From Callorhinchus milii (taxonomy: Eukaryota): a DNA stretch of 53,861 bases. Shown one piece after another: positions 23,301-33,834 of this stretch (the first letter of the stretch is position 1; every line of letters starts with the position of its first letter). The stretch is from NCBI RefSeq assembly GCF_018977255.1, contig NW_024705334.1, positions 1 through 53,861 of the forward strand, written 5' to 3'. The notes under the pieces were generated by a model that was given only the letters and a program-made list of their open reading frames with translations, made no database searches and was not told where the DNA came from. The position numbers and the translations under genes are program-made.

Positions 23301-25489
23301 CCACCCCTCCCCCATGCTCAGGCCCCGACACCTGACTGTTCAGCGCTTTGGGACGTCCTGCCGACGTGAAAGGCGCTCTGTAAATGCAATTTTATTGATG
23401 TTATTGTGTATTTGCGTGTGTGTGTTTGTGTGTGTCGTAATGTGTGTGCGTGTCTGCGGGTGTGTGCGTGGTTGTGTCTGTGTGCTTGCACGTTTGTGCG
23501 TTTGGTTGTGTGTATGTGTATTTATGTTTGTGTGTTTTCCTGTGTGTGTTTTTGTGTGTGTGTTTGTGTGTGGGTGTTTTGTGTGTGCTTGTGTGTGTGT
23601 ATTCGCGTATGTTTTTTGTATGAATCTATGTATGTGTATTTATATCTGTGTTTGTATTTAATTTTGTGTTTCTTTGTTTGTTTGTGTGTTTTTGAGTGTG
23701 TGTCTGATTGTCTTTATGTTTCTATGTGTGTGTGTGATTGTGTGTTGTGTTTTTGTGTGTGCGTATTTGTGAGTTTGTTTTTGTGTTTCTTTGTTTGTGT
23801 GTTTCTGTGTGTATTTGTGCGTGCGTTTTCGCGTTTATGGTTATATGTGTTTGTGTATGCCTGTGTCTGTGTATTTGTGCATGTACTTGTGTGCTTTTTT
23901 CTGTGTGTGTTTACGTGTATATTTGCGTGTGTTTGTGTGTGTGTTCGTTTGTTTGTGTTTCTGTGAGTGTGTTTGTTTCTGTGTGTTTCTCTGTGTATGT
24001 TTGTCTCTGTGTCTGTATCTGTGTGTGTGTGTGTGTATTTTTCTGTGCTACATGTGTTTGTTTGTGTGTATATGTGTGTGTGCTTGCATGACTGTGTTTG
24101 CATGTGTGTCGGTGTGTGTCCACTTGTCTATGTGTTTGTGTGTGTATGCATGTATTTATGTGTTTGTTTGTGTGTGTGACTGAGTGTATTTGTGGGTAAT
24201 GTGTTTGTTTATGCGTGTATGTGCATGTATGTGTGTGTTTCTGTGCCATTTTGTTTATGTTCGTATGTGTGCTTGTGTGAGTGATTGTGCTTATGTTTGC
24301 GTGTGTGTGTGTTTGAGTGTGTGTGTTGACGTGTGTTCGATTTTGTGTGTATGAGTTTGTGAGTGTTTGTGTGAGTTTTTGTGTGTGTTTGTATGTTTCT
24401 GTGTATGTCTATTTATATCAGTGTTTGTTTGTATGTGCTGTGCTTCTGCTTGTGATTGTGTTTTTCAATGTGTGTTTATGTGCGTTTGAATGGTTGTGGG
24501 TGTTTGTGTGAATGTTTATGTATGTTTGTGTGTGTATGCGTGTATGTGCGTGCGTTTTTTTCTGTGTGTGTGTGTTGTGTTTGTGTGCATATGTGTGTGC
24601 GTTTGTGTGAATGATTGATTGTTTGTGTGTGTGTGTGTTTGCTTGTGTGAGTTACTGTGTGTGTGTTTGCGAACGTATGTGTTTGCGTGGGTGAGTTTTT
24701 GGGTGTGATTGTGTATGTTTCTGTGTGAGCGCGTTTGTGTGAGAGTGTGTGTGTGTGTTTGTCTGCGTGAGTGTGTATTTATGTGTGTATGTGTGTGTCT
24801 GTGTGCGCGTCTCTCGGTTTATGTGACTCTGCTTCTGTGTTTGTGTGTATTTTTCTGTGGGTCATGTGTTTGTGTGTATTTGCGTGTGTGAGAGTAAGTG
24901 TGTATCTGCGGCGATGTTTTTGTCTGTGTTTGTGTTGGTGTGTGTGTGTGTTTGTGTGTATGAACTCCTACAACCTGTCCGGCATCAAACAAACTGTGAG
25001 TGACAGTGGGTTATACCCACTGTGTTTACTCTGATCCCTGTCATGTCTCTGTGTCTCTGATCTCCAGGTTGGACAGTAACAGACTGACCGATGGCTGCAC
25101 TGATGATGTGGTCTCCGCTCTCAGTACAAACCGCTCACTGAGGTTCCTGGACCTGAGCTCTAACTCCTTCACAGACGGCTCTGTCCGCGCTCTCCGCCGC
25201 CTCATACAGACCTGCACCAGTCTGGTGTGGATCGGGTGAGTGTTTGTGTCAGTGTTTAATGTGATAAACACACAGAGAAAGGGCTGTGTATCAGAATGGG
25301 AACAGTTTGAAGGGATTTATTTATGTATTAAACTGCGACACGAACAGTTTACAGTTTGTACCATTATCCCATGGGTTTATTTCCTGTTTAATGTGTTTCA
25401 GGCTGTGGGAGAATGAGTTCAGTTCAGACGGAAAGAAACAGCTGCGGTCACTGCGGGGAATCAGAGCTGAGCTGTTAGTGATAGTGTGA
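6043..25489 (+). CDS. NLR family receptor (CARD-like N-terminus, FISNA-like region, NACHT, LRR; NLRP3/NLRC3-like fish-type), spliced CDS join(6043-6097,6568-6734,7381-7552,7663-7728,8294-10094,16040-16126,18237-18407,21552-21638,25068-25235,25402-25489), 953 aa
   Basis: All ten exons have AG/GT boundaries with compatible phases (1,0,1,1,2,2,2,2,2). Total is 2862 nt = 954 codons with no internal stop. Kozak-like accATGg at 6043, TGA at 25487-25489. NACHT and LRR motifs are listed under the individual exons. Confidence 0.88.
6568..6734 (+). CDS. NLR exon 2, first half of CARD-like death fold (..[51 protein letters not shown])
   Basis: ccaacag| acceptor and caa|GTAGGT donor, phase 1 to 0. Helical amphipathic sequence; lies in ORF 6513-6779. 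Confidence 0.8.
7381..7552 (+). CDS. NLR exon 3, second half of CARD-like fold ([57 protein letters not shown])
   Basis: ctctctgcag| acceptor and aag|GTACAA donor, phase 0 to 1. Contains the LLxL..KG..A pattern typical of CARD helices 4-5. Not in the ORF track (no start codon). Confidence 0.8.
7663..7728 (+). CDS. NLR exon 4, 22-aa linker ([22 protein letters not shown])
   Basis: acaacag| acceptor and aag|GTATGT donor; 66 nt, symmetric phase 1-1, open frame. Confidence 0.72.
8294..10094 (+). CDS. NLR exon 5: FISNA-like region, NACHT NTPase, winged helix, HD2 and first LRR
   Basis: Within ORF 8224-10098. Walker [10 protein letters not shown] (8644-8670), Walker [11 protein letters not shown] (8857-8886), sensor-1 VLVTSR, PSYCW, WH motif [29 protein letters not shown]. 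Acceptor ttgaag|8294, donor ca|GTAAGT. Confidence 0.96.
10410..10757 (-). mobile_element. Candidate old solo LTR in NLR intron 5
   Basis: Termini TGTAACTTGA...TCAAGCAACA (8/10 inverted match, TG..CA). Flanks TAAAT/TAATT form an imperfect 5-bp TSD. ATAAAAG TATA-like motif on the - strand. Confidence 0.45.
11200..12175 (+). mobile_element. 5'-truncated, frameshifted L2 (CR1/L2 clade) LINE: RT C-terminal part and 3' end
   Basis: ORF 11075-11614 contains [21 protein letters not shown] and RNLGV; the downstream sequence is homologous to 41918-42915. Confidence 0.85.
12300..15885. repeat. Compound (CT)n then (GA)n satellite punctuated by a ~35-bp cccacaaaacacagtcactacac-like unit; strand polarity flips near 14345
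   Basis: About a dozen unit copies in CT orientation (12485-14340), then reverse-complement copies (gtagtgactgtgttttgtgggagagac) from ~14390. Confidence 0.85.
16040..16126 (+). CDS. NLR LRR exon (87 nt; [29 protein letters not shown])
   Basis: tgtgtccag| and |GTAAGT, phase 2-2; ribonuclease-inhibitor-type LRR consensus. Confidence 0.9.
16290..18130. repeat. Degenerate (GT)n/(GTTT)n tract; paralogous tract at 21800-24960
   Basis: Almost pure G/T low-complexity sequence; source of the Cys/Val ORFs. Confidence 0.9.
18237..18407 (+). CDS. NLR LRR exon (171 nt, two RI-like LRRs; [57 protein letters not shown])
   Basis: ctccag| and |GTAAGT, phase 2-2; 171 nt is the classic NLRP-type LRR exon length. 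Confidence 0.92.
18707..18815 (+). mobile_element. tRNA-derived SINE head fragment
   Basis: tgtagctcagtggttagagccctcgcctcgctagcgagag...tttccttactccac, homologous to 3770-3872; B box degenerate. Confidence 0.75.
18910..21410. repeat. (GA)n compound satellite with the same punctuating unit, containing a reverse SINE tail at ~20805-20935
   Basis: gtagtgactgt..ttttgt..gagagac units; aatccttgcgtttgatatagtgcttttcacg..aaagcgcttcacaga is the reverse complement of the SINE tail. Confidence 0.85.
21552..21638 (+). CDS. NLR LRR exon (87 nt; [29 protein letters not shown]), duplicate of 16040-16126
   Basis: tgtgtccag| and ag|GTAAGT, phase 2-2; LRR consensus. Confidence 0.9.
21913..22394 (-). mobile_element. 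Candidate solo LTR (482 bp) inserted in the GT tract of NLR intron 8
   Basis: Unique sequence inside a microsatellite, with termini TGT...ACA and identical 4-bp flanks CTGT (21909-21912, 22395-22398). Absent from the paralogous intron after 16290. Confidence 0.6.
22915..23400 (+). mobile_element. L2 LINE 3' fragment
   Basis: [23 protein letters not shown] coding remnant plus tail cagcgctttgggacgtcctgccgacgtgaaaggcgct. Confidence 0.85.
25068..25235 (+). CDS. NLR LRR exon (168 nt; [56 protein letters not shown])
   Basis: ctccag| and gg|GTGAGT, phase 2-2; LxxLxLxxN repeats. Confidence 0.9.
25402..25489 (+). CDS. NLR terminal coding exon ([28 protein letters not shown])
   Basis: gtgtttcag| acceptor at phase 2; last LRR/cap, then TGA. 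Confidence 0.85.
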
Positions 25490-25563
25490 CAATGACTGAG
25501 GCAGTGACTGTCCACACAGTCTGTGTAATATGGAATATATTCTGGACACTGTAGTGACTGATT

Positions 25564-25569
25564 ATTAAA
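25564..25569 (+). terminator. Candidate polyadenylation signal (ATTAAA) of the NLR gene
   Basis: ATTAAA 75 nt after the stop codon. Confidence 0.45.
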
Positions 25570-26380
25570 GATGTTGATCCTGATTCCTCTCCCATCTCTG
25601 CTCTGGGGACCGTTATTGACACACACCGCCTACGGCCGTGCGGGCGGCTGGAGAGCCCCGACCCTCAGTCACTGCTAAACTGCTGTAAGCGACCACAACT
25701 GATGCATTTTCTCTCACAGTCTCTCTCTCTCTCTCTGTGTGTCAGTCTCTCTCAGTTTATATATTTCCGTCTCTCTATTTCAGGCTCTCTCTTTCGTTGT
25801 CTCTCTTCGTCTCCGTCTCTCTCTCTCTCTGTGTGTGTGTATGTGTGTATTTGCCTCAGTCAGTGTGTGTAGGTGTGTGTGTGTCTATGTGAGAGCAGTC
25901 AGTGTGTGTGTGTGTGAGAGAGCAGTCAATGTGTGTGAGCACTCAGTGTGTGTATGTGTGTGTGTGAGAGCAGTCAGTGTGTGTTTGGGATTTTTTTTGG
26001 GGGAGAGCAGTCAGTGTGTGTGTGTGAGCAGTCAGTATGTGTGCGTGTGTGTGTGTGTGTAGGTGTGTGTGTGTGAGAGAGCAGTTAGTGTGTGTGCGTG
26101 TGAGCAGTCAGTGTGTGTGGGAGAGCAGTCAGTGTGTGTGTGTGAGAGAGAGCGGTCAGTGTGTGTGTGTGTGTGTGTGTGAGCAGTCAGTGTGTGTGTG
26201 TGAGAGCAGTCAGTGTGTGTGTGTGTGTGTGAGAAAGAGAGCGGTCGGTGTGTGTGTGAAAGCAGTTAGTGTGTGTGTGTGTGAGAGAGAGCAGTCGGTG
26301 TGTCTGTGAGAGCAGTCAGTGTGTGCGTGAGAGAGAGGTCAGTTTGTGTGTGTGTGTGTTTGTGTGTGAGAGAGCACTCA

Positions 26381-26412
<32 letters not shown>

Positions 26413-28564
26413 GCAGTCAGTGTGTGTGTATGTGCGCGTGTATGTGGGGGGGAGAGCAGTCAGTGTGTGTGTCAGAGAGAGAGCCGTAAGTGTGTGTGTG
26501 TGTGTGAGAGCAGTCAGTGTGTGTATGTGTGTGTGTGTGGGGGGGGAGAGCAGTCAGTGTGTGTGTCAGAGAGAGAGCCGTCAGTGTGTGTGTGTGTGTG
26601 TGAGAGCAGTCAGTGTGTGTATGTGTGTGTGTGTGGGGGGGGAGCAGTCAGTGTGTGCGTGTGTGTGTGTGTGAGAGAGAGAGAGCAGTCAGTGTGTGTG
26701 TGTGTGTGTGTGAGAGAGAGCAATCAATGTGTGTGTGTGTGGGGGAGATCAGTCAGTGTGTGTGTGTGTGAGAGCAGTCAGTGTGTGTGTGGGAGCAGTT
26801 AGTGTGTGTGTGTGAGAGAGAGAGAGCAATCAGTGTGTGTGTGTGTGTGTGTGTGAGGAGTCAGTGTGTGTGTTGGAGCAGTCTGTGTGTGTGTGTGTGA
26901 GAGAGAGAGTAGTCAGTGTGTGTGTGTGTGTGTGAGAGAGAGAGGTCAGTATGTGTGTGTGTATTTGTGTGTGAGAGCAGTCTGTGAGTGTGTGGGTTTT
27001 TTTGGGGGGAGAGCAGTCAATGTGTGTGTGTGTGAGCAGTCAGTGTGTATGAGAGCAGTCAGTGTGTGTAGCTGTGTGCATGTCTATGTGAGAGCAGTCA
27101 GTATGTGTGTGTGAGAGCAGTCAGTATGTGTGTGTGTGTGTGTAGGTGTGTGTGTGTGAGCAGTCAGTGTGTGTGTGAGAGAGCAGTCAGTATGTGTGCG
27201 AGAGAGCAGTCAGTGTGTGTGTGGGAGAGAGAGCAGTTAGTGTGTGTGTGTGTGAGCAGTCAGTGTGTGTGAGAGCAGTCAGTGTGTGCGCAGGTGTGTG
27301 TGTCTATGTGAGAGCAGTCAGTATGTGTGTGTGTGGGGGGGGGGGGAGCAGTCAGTGTGTGTGTGTGTGTGGGGGGGGGGGGGGAGCAGTCAGTGTGTGT
27401 GTGTTGGAAGAGCAGTCAGTGTGTGTGTGTGAGAGAGAGCGGTCATGTGTAGGAGAGCAGTCAGTGTGTGTGTGTGAGAGAGAGAGCAGTCAGTGTGTGT
27501 AGGTGTCTATGTGAGAGCAGTCAGTGTGTGTGTGAGAGAGCACTCAGTGTGTGTGTGAGAGAGAGCAGTCAGTGTGTGTGTGAGAGCAGTCAGTGTGTGT
27601 GAGAGAGCACTCAGTGTGTGTGTGAGAGAGAGCAGTCAGTGTGTGTGTGAGAGAGAGAGAGCCGTCACTCTGTGTGTGTGAGAGCAGTCTGTGTGTGTGT
27701 GTGTGTGTGAGAGAGAGCAGTCAGTGTGTGTGTGAGAGCAGTCCGTGTGTGTGTGTGTGTTTGTGTGTGTGAGCAGTCAGTGTGTGTGTGTGAGCAGTCA
27801 GTGTGTGTGAGTGAAGTCAGAATGTGTGTAGGTGTGTGTGTGTGTGTCTATGTCAGAGTAGTCAGTATGTGTGTGTGAGAGTAGTCAGTCTGTGTGTGTG
27901 TGTGAGAGCAGTCAGTGTGTGTGTGTGAGAGCAGTCAGTCTGGGTGTGTGTGTGTGTGAGAGCAGTCAGTGTGTGTGTGTGTGTGTGTGTGTGTGAGCAG
28001 TCAGTGTGTGTGAGAGCAGTCAGTATGTGTGTAGGTGTGTGTGTGTCTATGTGAGAGAAGTCAGTATGTGTGTGTGAGAGCAGTCAGTCTGTGTGTGTGT
28101 GTGAGAGAGCAGTCAGTCTGCGTGTGTGTGTGTGTGAGAGCAGTCAGTGTGTGTGTGAGAGAGCAGTCAGTGTGTGTGTGTGTGAGAGCAGTCAGTGTGT
28201 GTGTGTTAGAGCAGTCAGTGTGTGTGTGAGAGCAGTCAGTGTGTGTGTGAGAGATAGCAGTCAGTGTGTGTGTGTGTGGGAGAGAGAGCAGTCAGTGTGT
28301 GTGTGTGTGAGCAGTCAGTGTATGTGTGTGTGAGAGCTTTCAATGTGTGTGTGTGAGGCAGTCAGTGTGTGTGTGTGTTTGTGAGAGAGAGCAGTTAGTG
28401 TGTGTGTGGGAGAGCAGTCAGTGTGTGTGTGGGAGAGCAGTCAGTCAGTATGTGTGTGAGAGAGTAGTCAGTGTGTGTGTGTGTGTGTGTGAGAGAGAGC
28501 AGTCAGTGTGTGTGTGTGAGAGCAGTCAGTCTGTCAGTCAGTATGTGTGTGTGTGTGAGAGAGA

Positions 28565-29120
28565 GCAACAACAACATTTCTTTTATAGAGCGCCTTTCGC
28601 ATCGGGAGGACGTCCCAAGGCGCTGCACAGTTGGGTCAGGACCCGAGCATTGGGGGGAAATGGTCAGGGTGAGGGGAGGGAAGGGAGGGAGCGAGGAGGG
28701 GGGAGATGGTCAGGGTGAGGGGAGGGAAGGTAGGGGGCGAGGAGGGGTAGAGAGTCGAGAGTGGAGCTGAAGGTACAGTCAAAGAGAAAGGTCTTGAGAC
28801 CGGCCTTGAAGGAGGAAAAGATGGAAGCTGCGATGGCACTGGGGATGGAGTTCCAGAGCCTCGGGGCTGAGAGGCTGAAGGCCACCGATGGTCGGGCGGT
28901 TGGGGCGGGGGACGTGGAGCAGACCGGAGCCAGAGGAACGGAGGGTACGGGCAGGTAAGTAGGGGGATAGTAGGTCGGAGCGGTAGGAGGGAGCGAGGCC
29001 GTGAATGGCCTTGTAGGTGAGGATGAGGGTCTTGAATTGGATCCTCTGGGGGATGGGGAGCCAGTGGAGGGGAGCGAGAGTGGGAATGATGTGGTCGCGG
29101 TGTCTGGTGCGGGACAGTAC
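28565..29120 (-). mobile_element. L2 LINE 3' fragment
   Basis: ORF 28779-29153 contains [29 protein letters not shown]; (CAA)n tail and the conserved 3' hairpin at 28565-28630. Confidence 0.9.
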
Positions 29121-29269
29121 CCAACTCATCCCACTTTCCCCTTCTAACCCCAAGTAGTCCCCCTGCTGTTACCCCAAATATTTCCACTCCCGTTCTCACC
29201 CCAACCAGTTCCACTCACACAGCTCTTACCTACCAATGTTTCCCCCTCGCGCACACTCACCCCAACTTG

Positions 29270-29640
29270 CCCCATCACCACCATCCTCGCCCAACTCCAC
29301 CGACTTCCCATTACATAGAGAATGCGGTTCAATATCCTGGTCCTCACCTTCAAAGCCCTCCATGGCTTGCTCGCCCCCCCCCTACCTCTGTGACCTCCTA
29401 ACCCCCTACCAACCTGTACGCTCCCTCCCCTCAGCAGGCTCCAGCCTGCTTCACGTACCCCGCCCCATCAATGGCGGTTGGTCCTGCAGCTCCATCCTAC
29501 GGTGCCTCCGCCTCAATCGTCCCCTCCTCACCTCCTTCAAGGTACATCTCAAGACACTCCTCTTCGACCGACCACGCTTTTGGTCACCCTCCTATACCCA
29601 CCTCTCAACCCTCCACTCCTTCGTGATCCCAACGCCCAGC
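29270..29640 (+). mobile_element. Diverged L2 3' fragment, opposite orientation to 28565-29120
   Basis: cccatcaccaccatcctcgcccaactccac...gtcctcaccttcaaagccctccatggc. Confidence 0.75.
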
Positions 29641-30659
29641 TCGGGTCCAAATCCTCGACTCTCTCGGTCTCTCTCTCTCTCTCTCTCAGTCTGTCTCTCT
29701 CTAACAGTCAGTTTGTTTGTGTGTGTGACAGAGAGAGCAGTCAGTGTTTGAGTGAGTGTGTGTGTGTGTGAGATCAGTCAGTGTGTGTGTGTGTGTGACA
29801 GCAGTCAATGTGTGTGTGAGAGCAGTCAGTGTGTGTGTGTGAGAGCAGTCAGTGTGTGTTTATGTATGTGAGAGAGATCAGTCAGTGGGTGTGTGAGAGA
29901 GAGAGAGCAGTCAGTGTGTGTGTGTGAGAGAGAGAGAGCAGTCAGTGTGTGTGAGAGAGAGCAGTCAGTGTGTGTGTGTGTGTGTGTGAAAGCATTCAGT
30001 GTGTGTGTGTGAGAGCAGTCAGTGTGTGTGTGTGAGAGAGAGCAGTCAGTGTGTGTGTGTGAGAGCAGTCAGTGTGTGTGTGAGAGAGCAGTCAGTGTGT
30101 GTGTGTGAGAGAGAGAGCAGTCAGTGTGTGTGAGAGAGAGCAGTCAGTGTGTGTGTCCGTGTGTGTGAGAGAGAGCAGTCAGTGTGTGTGTGAGAGAGAG
30201 CAGTCAGTGTGAGTGTGTGTGTGACAGAGAGAGCAGTCAGTTTGTGTGTGTGTGTGTGAGAGAGAAGTCAGTGTGTGTGCGTGAGTGCAGTCAGTCTGTC
30301 TGTGTGTGTGAGAGCAGTCAGTGTGTGTGTGTGTGTGTGAGAGAGAGCAGTCAGTGTGTGTGTCTGAGAGCAGTCAGTGTGTGTGTGTGAGAGCAGTCAG
30401 TGTGTGTGAGAGAGAGCAGTCAGTGTCCGTGTGTGTGAGAGAGAGCAGTCAGTGTGTGTGTGAGAGAGCAGTCAGTGTGTGTGTGTGAGAGAGAGCAGTC
30501 AGTGTCCGTGTGTGTGAGAGAGCAGTCAGTGTGTGTGTCTGTGTGTGTGAGAGAGAGTAGTCAGTGTGTGTTTTTTCTAGAGCAGTCAGTGTGTGTGTGT
30601 GTGTGTCTGTGTGTGTCTGTGTGTGTGTGTGGGGGGGCGGGTTATTAACAGAGTTTGTG

Positions 30660-31900
30660 TGTTTGCTCAGCTGAGGGGGTGAATCAAACGCGCTCCGGTG
30701 AGCGCTCGGGGAGAGGGTGGGAAGGGTTCGTGCCTTCAACCTGACGCCGGTTTCCGGACCGTTACCGGGATCCCAAACAGCCGCCACGTTTGCCAACACG
30801 TACCCGAGGCTCGACCCCCTCCTCCCACTTGACCCCCAAACCCCCCCACCAGCATTGCCGGGATGTGGTCGGGAAGAGGGCAGTGCCCCGGTCCCGGATT
30901 CCGGGACCCGAAGATCAACCGGTTCCCGGTGTGTGTCCCTCCGCAGTGACGGGGATGTCCCCGCGGGTCCGGCGGCAGATTGCGGTGCCGCTCGGCCCGG
31001 GGGTCATTCCGCTCGTTCGGGCCGCCGCTTCCAATCGGGACCCAACGCCCCCGAATCCCCTCGACGGGACGGCGGCCCTCGGGGGCTGATGGGCGGCGAG
31101 GAGTCCGCGGTCATGTCACGCGGCGTCTTAACTCCAACACGGCCTCAACCACAACAACAACAGCAACAACAACAACAAGAAGATGGCTCGTGTGCAGCGG
31201 CTTTCACTGCGGGAGGACGTCCCGAGGCGCTGCACAGTGACAGCGTTTCAGACCCGAGTCGGTCTCACACACGGGAACCCCTCCCCCGCGCCTCCCTCCC
31301 CCACTTCCCACCCCAACACATTGCTGTCCCTCCCCCGACATTGCCATCGCCTCTCCCGACCTTCCCCGATTCGGGAGAGCGTTATTAGGCTCAGGTTGTG
31401 GGGGGTGGTGGGCGGAGGGTTGCGGTGGGTGGTTGGGGTGTGGGGGGTGAGGTAATTATTGGAGACCCGCCCCACACCCCCAGGAGTGCTCATTGTATCA
31501 TAGTGGGGGGTGAGGCTCGGAGACCCCGTACCCTCCCCTGATGTGCTCTTTGTGGGGTTGGGGGTGACCGCGGGAGTATCACCATCACTCGCTCTTTTTT
31601 TTTGTTCACGGTAAGACTTTTGGAATAAAACAACAGGAAAGAAGACTCAATTTCCCCCCCTCACCCCCAACCCCCCATTCGAGGTGCTCGAGGGTATTGT
31701 AAATGTTTTTTACAGTCTCTCGAAGCAGTTGATGTTTTTTTTTGCGGCTTCACTGCGGGATTGCGGTTCACAGCGCCGCTCAACCGCGTTTGATCGAAAC
31801 CATCCGTTGCCGAACACCGGGGATGGGATGGCGTCCACCGCGGTTTGAAACACGAGGGTACGATTGCAGGCGCTGAGATAGAGCTACGCGTGTACCTCCC
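30660..31900. promoter_or_regulatory. CpG-island-like region (contains a reverse L2 tail at ~31150-31240)
   Basis: High GC and undepleted CpG at 30680-31135 and 31680-31890 in an otherwise CpG-poor window. Confidence 0.55.
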
Positions 31901-33119
31901 TCCCTCCATCCTCCCCTCCCTCTCTGCTCCCTCCCTCCCTCCCTCTCTCGCTCCCTACCTCCCTCCTTCGCTCCCTCCCTCCCTCCCTCCATCCCTCCTT
32001 CCCTCCCTACCTCAATCCATCGCTCCCTCCTGAATATTATTATATTATTATTATCATTTTATTATTTTTATTATTATTATAACCTCTGATGCAGCAAAGC
32101 AGCAAAGCTGAGGTTCAGATTTTTCTGCAGACTCTGCTGCTTCGCAGCTTTCTCTCTCTTTCTTTCTCTCTTTATATACGTATATATGTACATATATTTA
32201 ATGTACATATAGAGTACACATATACATTTCGGTGCAGAGCGATGTCGTCAGTCGCTGCCGCTGTGTTCCTTCTTGATTTTCTTGCTTCTTGTTGGCATGT
32301 TATTTGGGTTGAAGGTAATTTTGCTCTCTGACTGTGCTGTGTGTGTGTGGCGGGGTGGGGGTGGGTGGATGTGTGTGGGTGGGTGTACGTGTGGGTGGTG
32401 TGAGTGGGTGTGTGTGTGCGGGTGTGTGTGTGTGGGGGGGGGGAGTGGGTGGGTGTGTGGTTTGTTGCAGGAGAGGTGGGTACTGCTGTGTGGACAGCTC
32501 CTCAGCACAGAGCTCACTCACTCACTCACTCACTCACACACTTACTCACTACCTCAATCACTCACTCACTCACTCACTCACTGACCGGCTTGACTGACAG
32601 TTTGACTGTTAGATCTGCACAACATCAAACTGCACACACTTCTTAAACAGGCAAAGCGTCTACTGCCTCCCTCTACTGCCTCCCTCTGCTGCCTCTCTCT
32701 GCTGCCCGCCTCTACTGCCAGGCTCTGCTGCCTCTCTCTACTGTCAGCCTCTACTGCCAGCATCTGCTGCCTCTCTCTGCTGCCTCTCTCTGCTGTCAGC
32801 CTCTACTGCCTGCCTACTGCTTATTTACTTGCAGCAGCACAGAGTCACCTCCTACACCAACACCCCCCCACCCCACCCTTCTCGCTTCTCTTTCCTTTTA
32901 AAATATCCATATATTTTATTTAGGAGGAGGAGTAAAGTGGGGGGTGGGGTGTGTGCTGGAAAAATCAGTGCCTGCGATGATTAGGATAAAATACCCCAAT
33001 TCACCATCTCACCCATCGACACACACACATCCAACATCGCTTTATAATAAAAATAATAATAGTAATAATTAACAATAATGATAAATACTAATATGATAAT
33101 TTAATGGTCCTTATACGAC

Positions 33120-33320
33120 AATAAAATAATAATAATAGTCATTGCATTTGGTACAGCAGCGCCTTGTCACATCTTCCAGGTGACTCACAGGGCTTCACAA
33201 GATAGACTGTGAGGTGTAGTGACTGTGCATTTTCTGGGCGAAACGCGGCAGCCGATGGCACACAACAGTGAGCGTCCGTCACACAAACAGTCGTGGATTG
33301 AAGTGACCGATTTACTTTAG
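33120..33320 (-). mobile_element. SINE body and tail fragment
   Basis: gggcgaaacgcggcagccgatggcacacaaca...cacaaacagtcgtggattgaa is the reverse complement of 3928-3985. Confidence 0.8.
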
Positions 33321-33714
33321 TTTTTGGAATGGATTATTATCTGTGTATTTGTGTCTGTGTGTGTGTATCTGCGTGTGTGTCTGTGTCTGTCTGTATGTGT
33401 GTGTCTGTCTGTGTGTGTATCTGCGTGTGTGTCTGTTTTTCTGTCTGTGTCATACACACTCTCTCACACTCTCTCTCTCACTCACACTCTCTGTCTCACA
33501 CTCTCTCTCTCTCTCTCCCTCACACTCACTCTCTCTCACACTCTCACACTCTCTGTCTCACACTCTCTGTCTCACACTCTCAATCTCTCTCACATTCTCA
33601 CTCTCTCTCACACTCTCTCTCTCAACACTCTCTCACACTCTCTCTCACACACTCTCTCTCTCACACACTCTCTCACTGTCTCTCACACTCTCTCTCTCTG
33701 TCACCGACACTGAC

Positions 33715-33834
33715 CGTCGTCTCCGCCGCCATCACCACCTCCCGCGGTCCCGCCTCGCGCTCAGACAGACAGGCGCCGCGCCCCGAAACACCGTCAGCCC
33801 CGCGCCCGGAGACGGCACTGCGCAGGCGCCGAGT
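33715..33834 (-). promoter_or_regulatory. CpG promoter plus candidate first exon (ATG GCG GCG GAG ACG ACG|GTCAGT; coding 33732-33715); inverted copy of 44600-44719
   Basis: NRF1-like CTGCGCAGGCGC at 33818-33829, GC boxes, strong Kozak gtgATGG, donor GTCAGT followed by a GA microsatellite. Confidence 0.55.

Larger units (their letters stand above)
25855..30630. repeat. Compound minisatellite [GAGCAGTCA(GT)n(GA)n] array, interrupted by L2 copies at 28565-29640
   Basis: Well over 100 recurrences of gagcagtcagt separated by variable GT/GA runs. Confidence 0.92.

Noticed and set aside
16137..25024. CACTGTG heptamers beside LRR exons (16137, 18187, 21649, 25018), suggesting RAG recombination signals
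   Set aside because: Where checked (18187), no GGTTTTTGT/ACAAAAACC nonamer lies at 12- or 23-nt spacing. The heptamers are not flush with coding ends and recur only because the cassette is duplicated in GT-rich DNA.
25855..30630. Repeat-spacer pattern resembling a CRISPR array
   Set aside because: The constant part is only ~11 nt, the spacers are GT/GA microsatellite rather than unique sequence, there are no cas genes, and the context is eukaryotic.
16285..30648. Cys/Val-rich and His/Thr-rich ORFs
   Set aside because: Products of (GT)n/(CA)n tracts, not metallothionein- or keratin-like genes.
30717..31388. 223-aa ORF with a polyQ run
   Set aside because: The polyQ is the (CAA)n tail of a reverse L2 end; the rest is GC-rich open frame without recognisable motifs.
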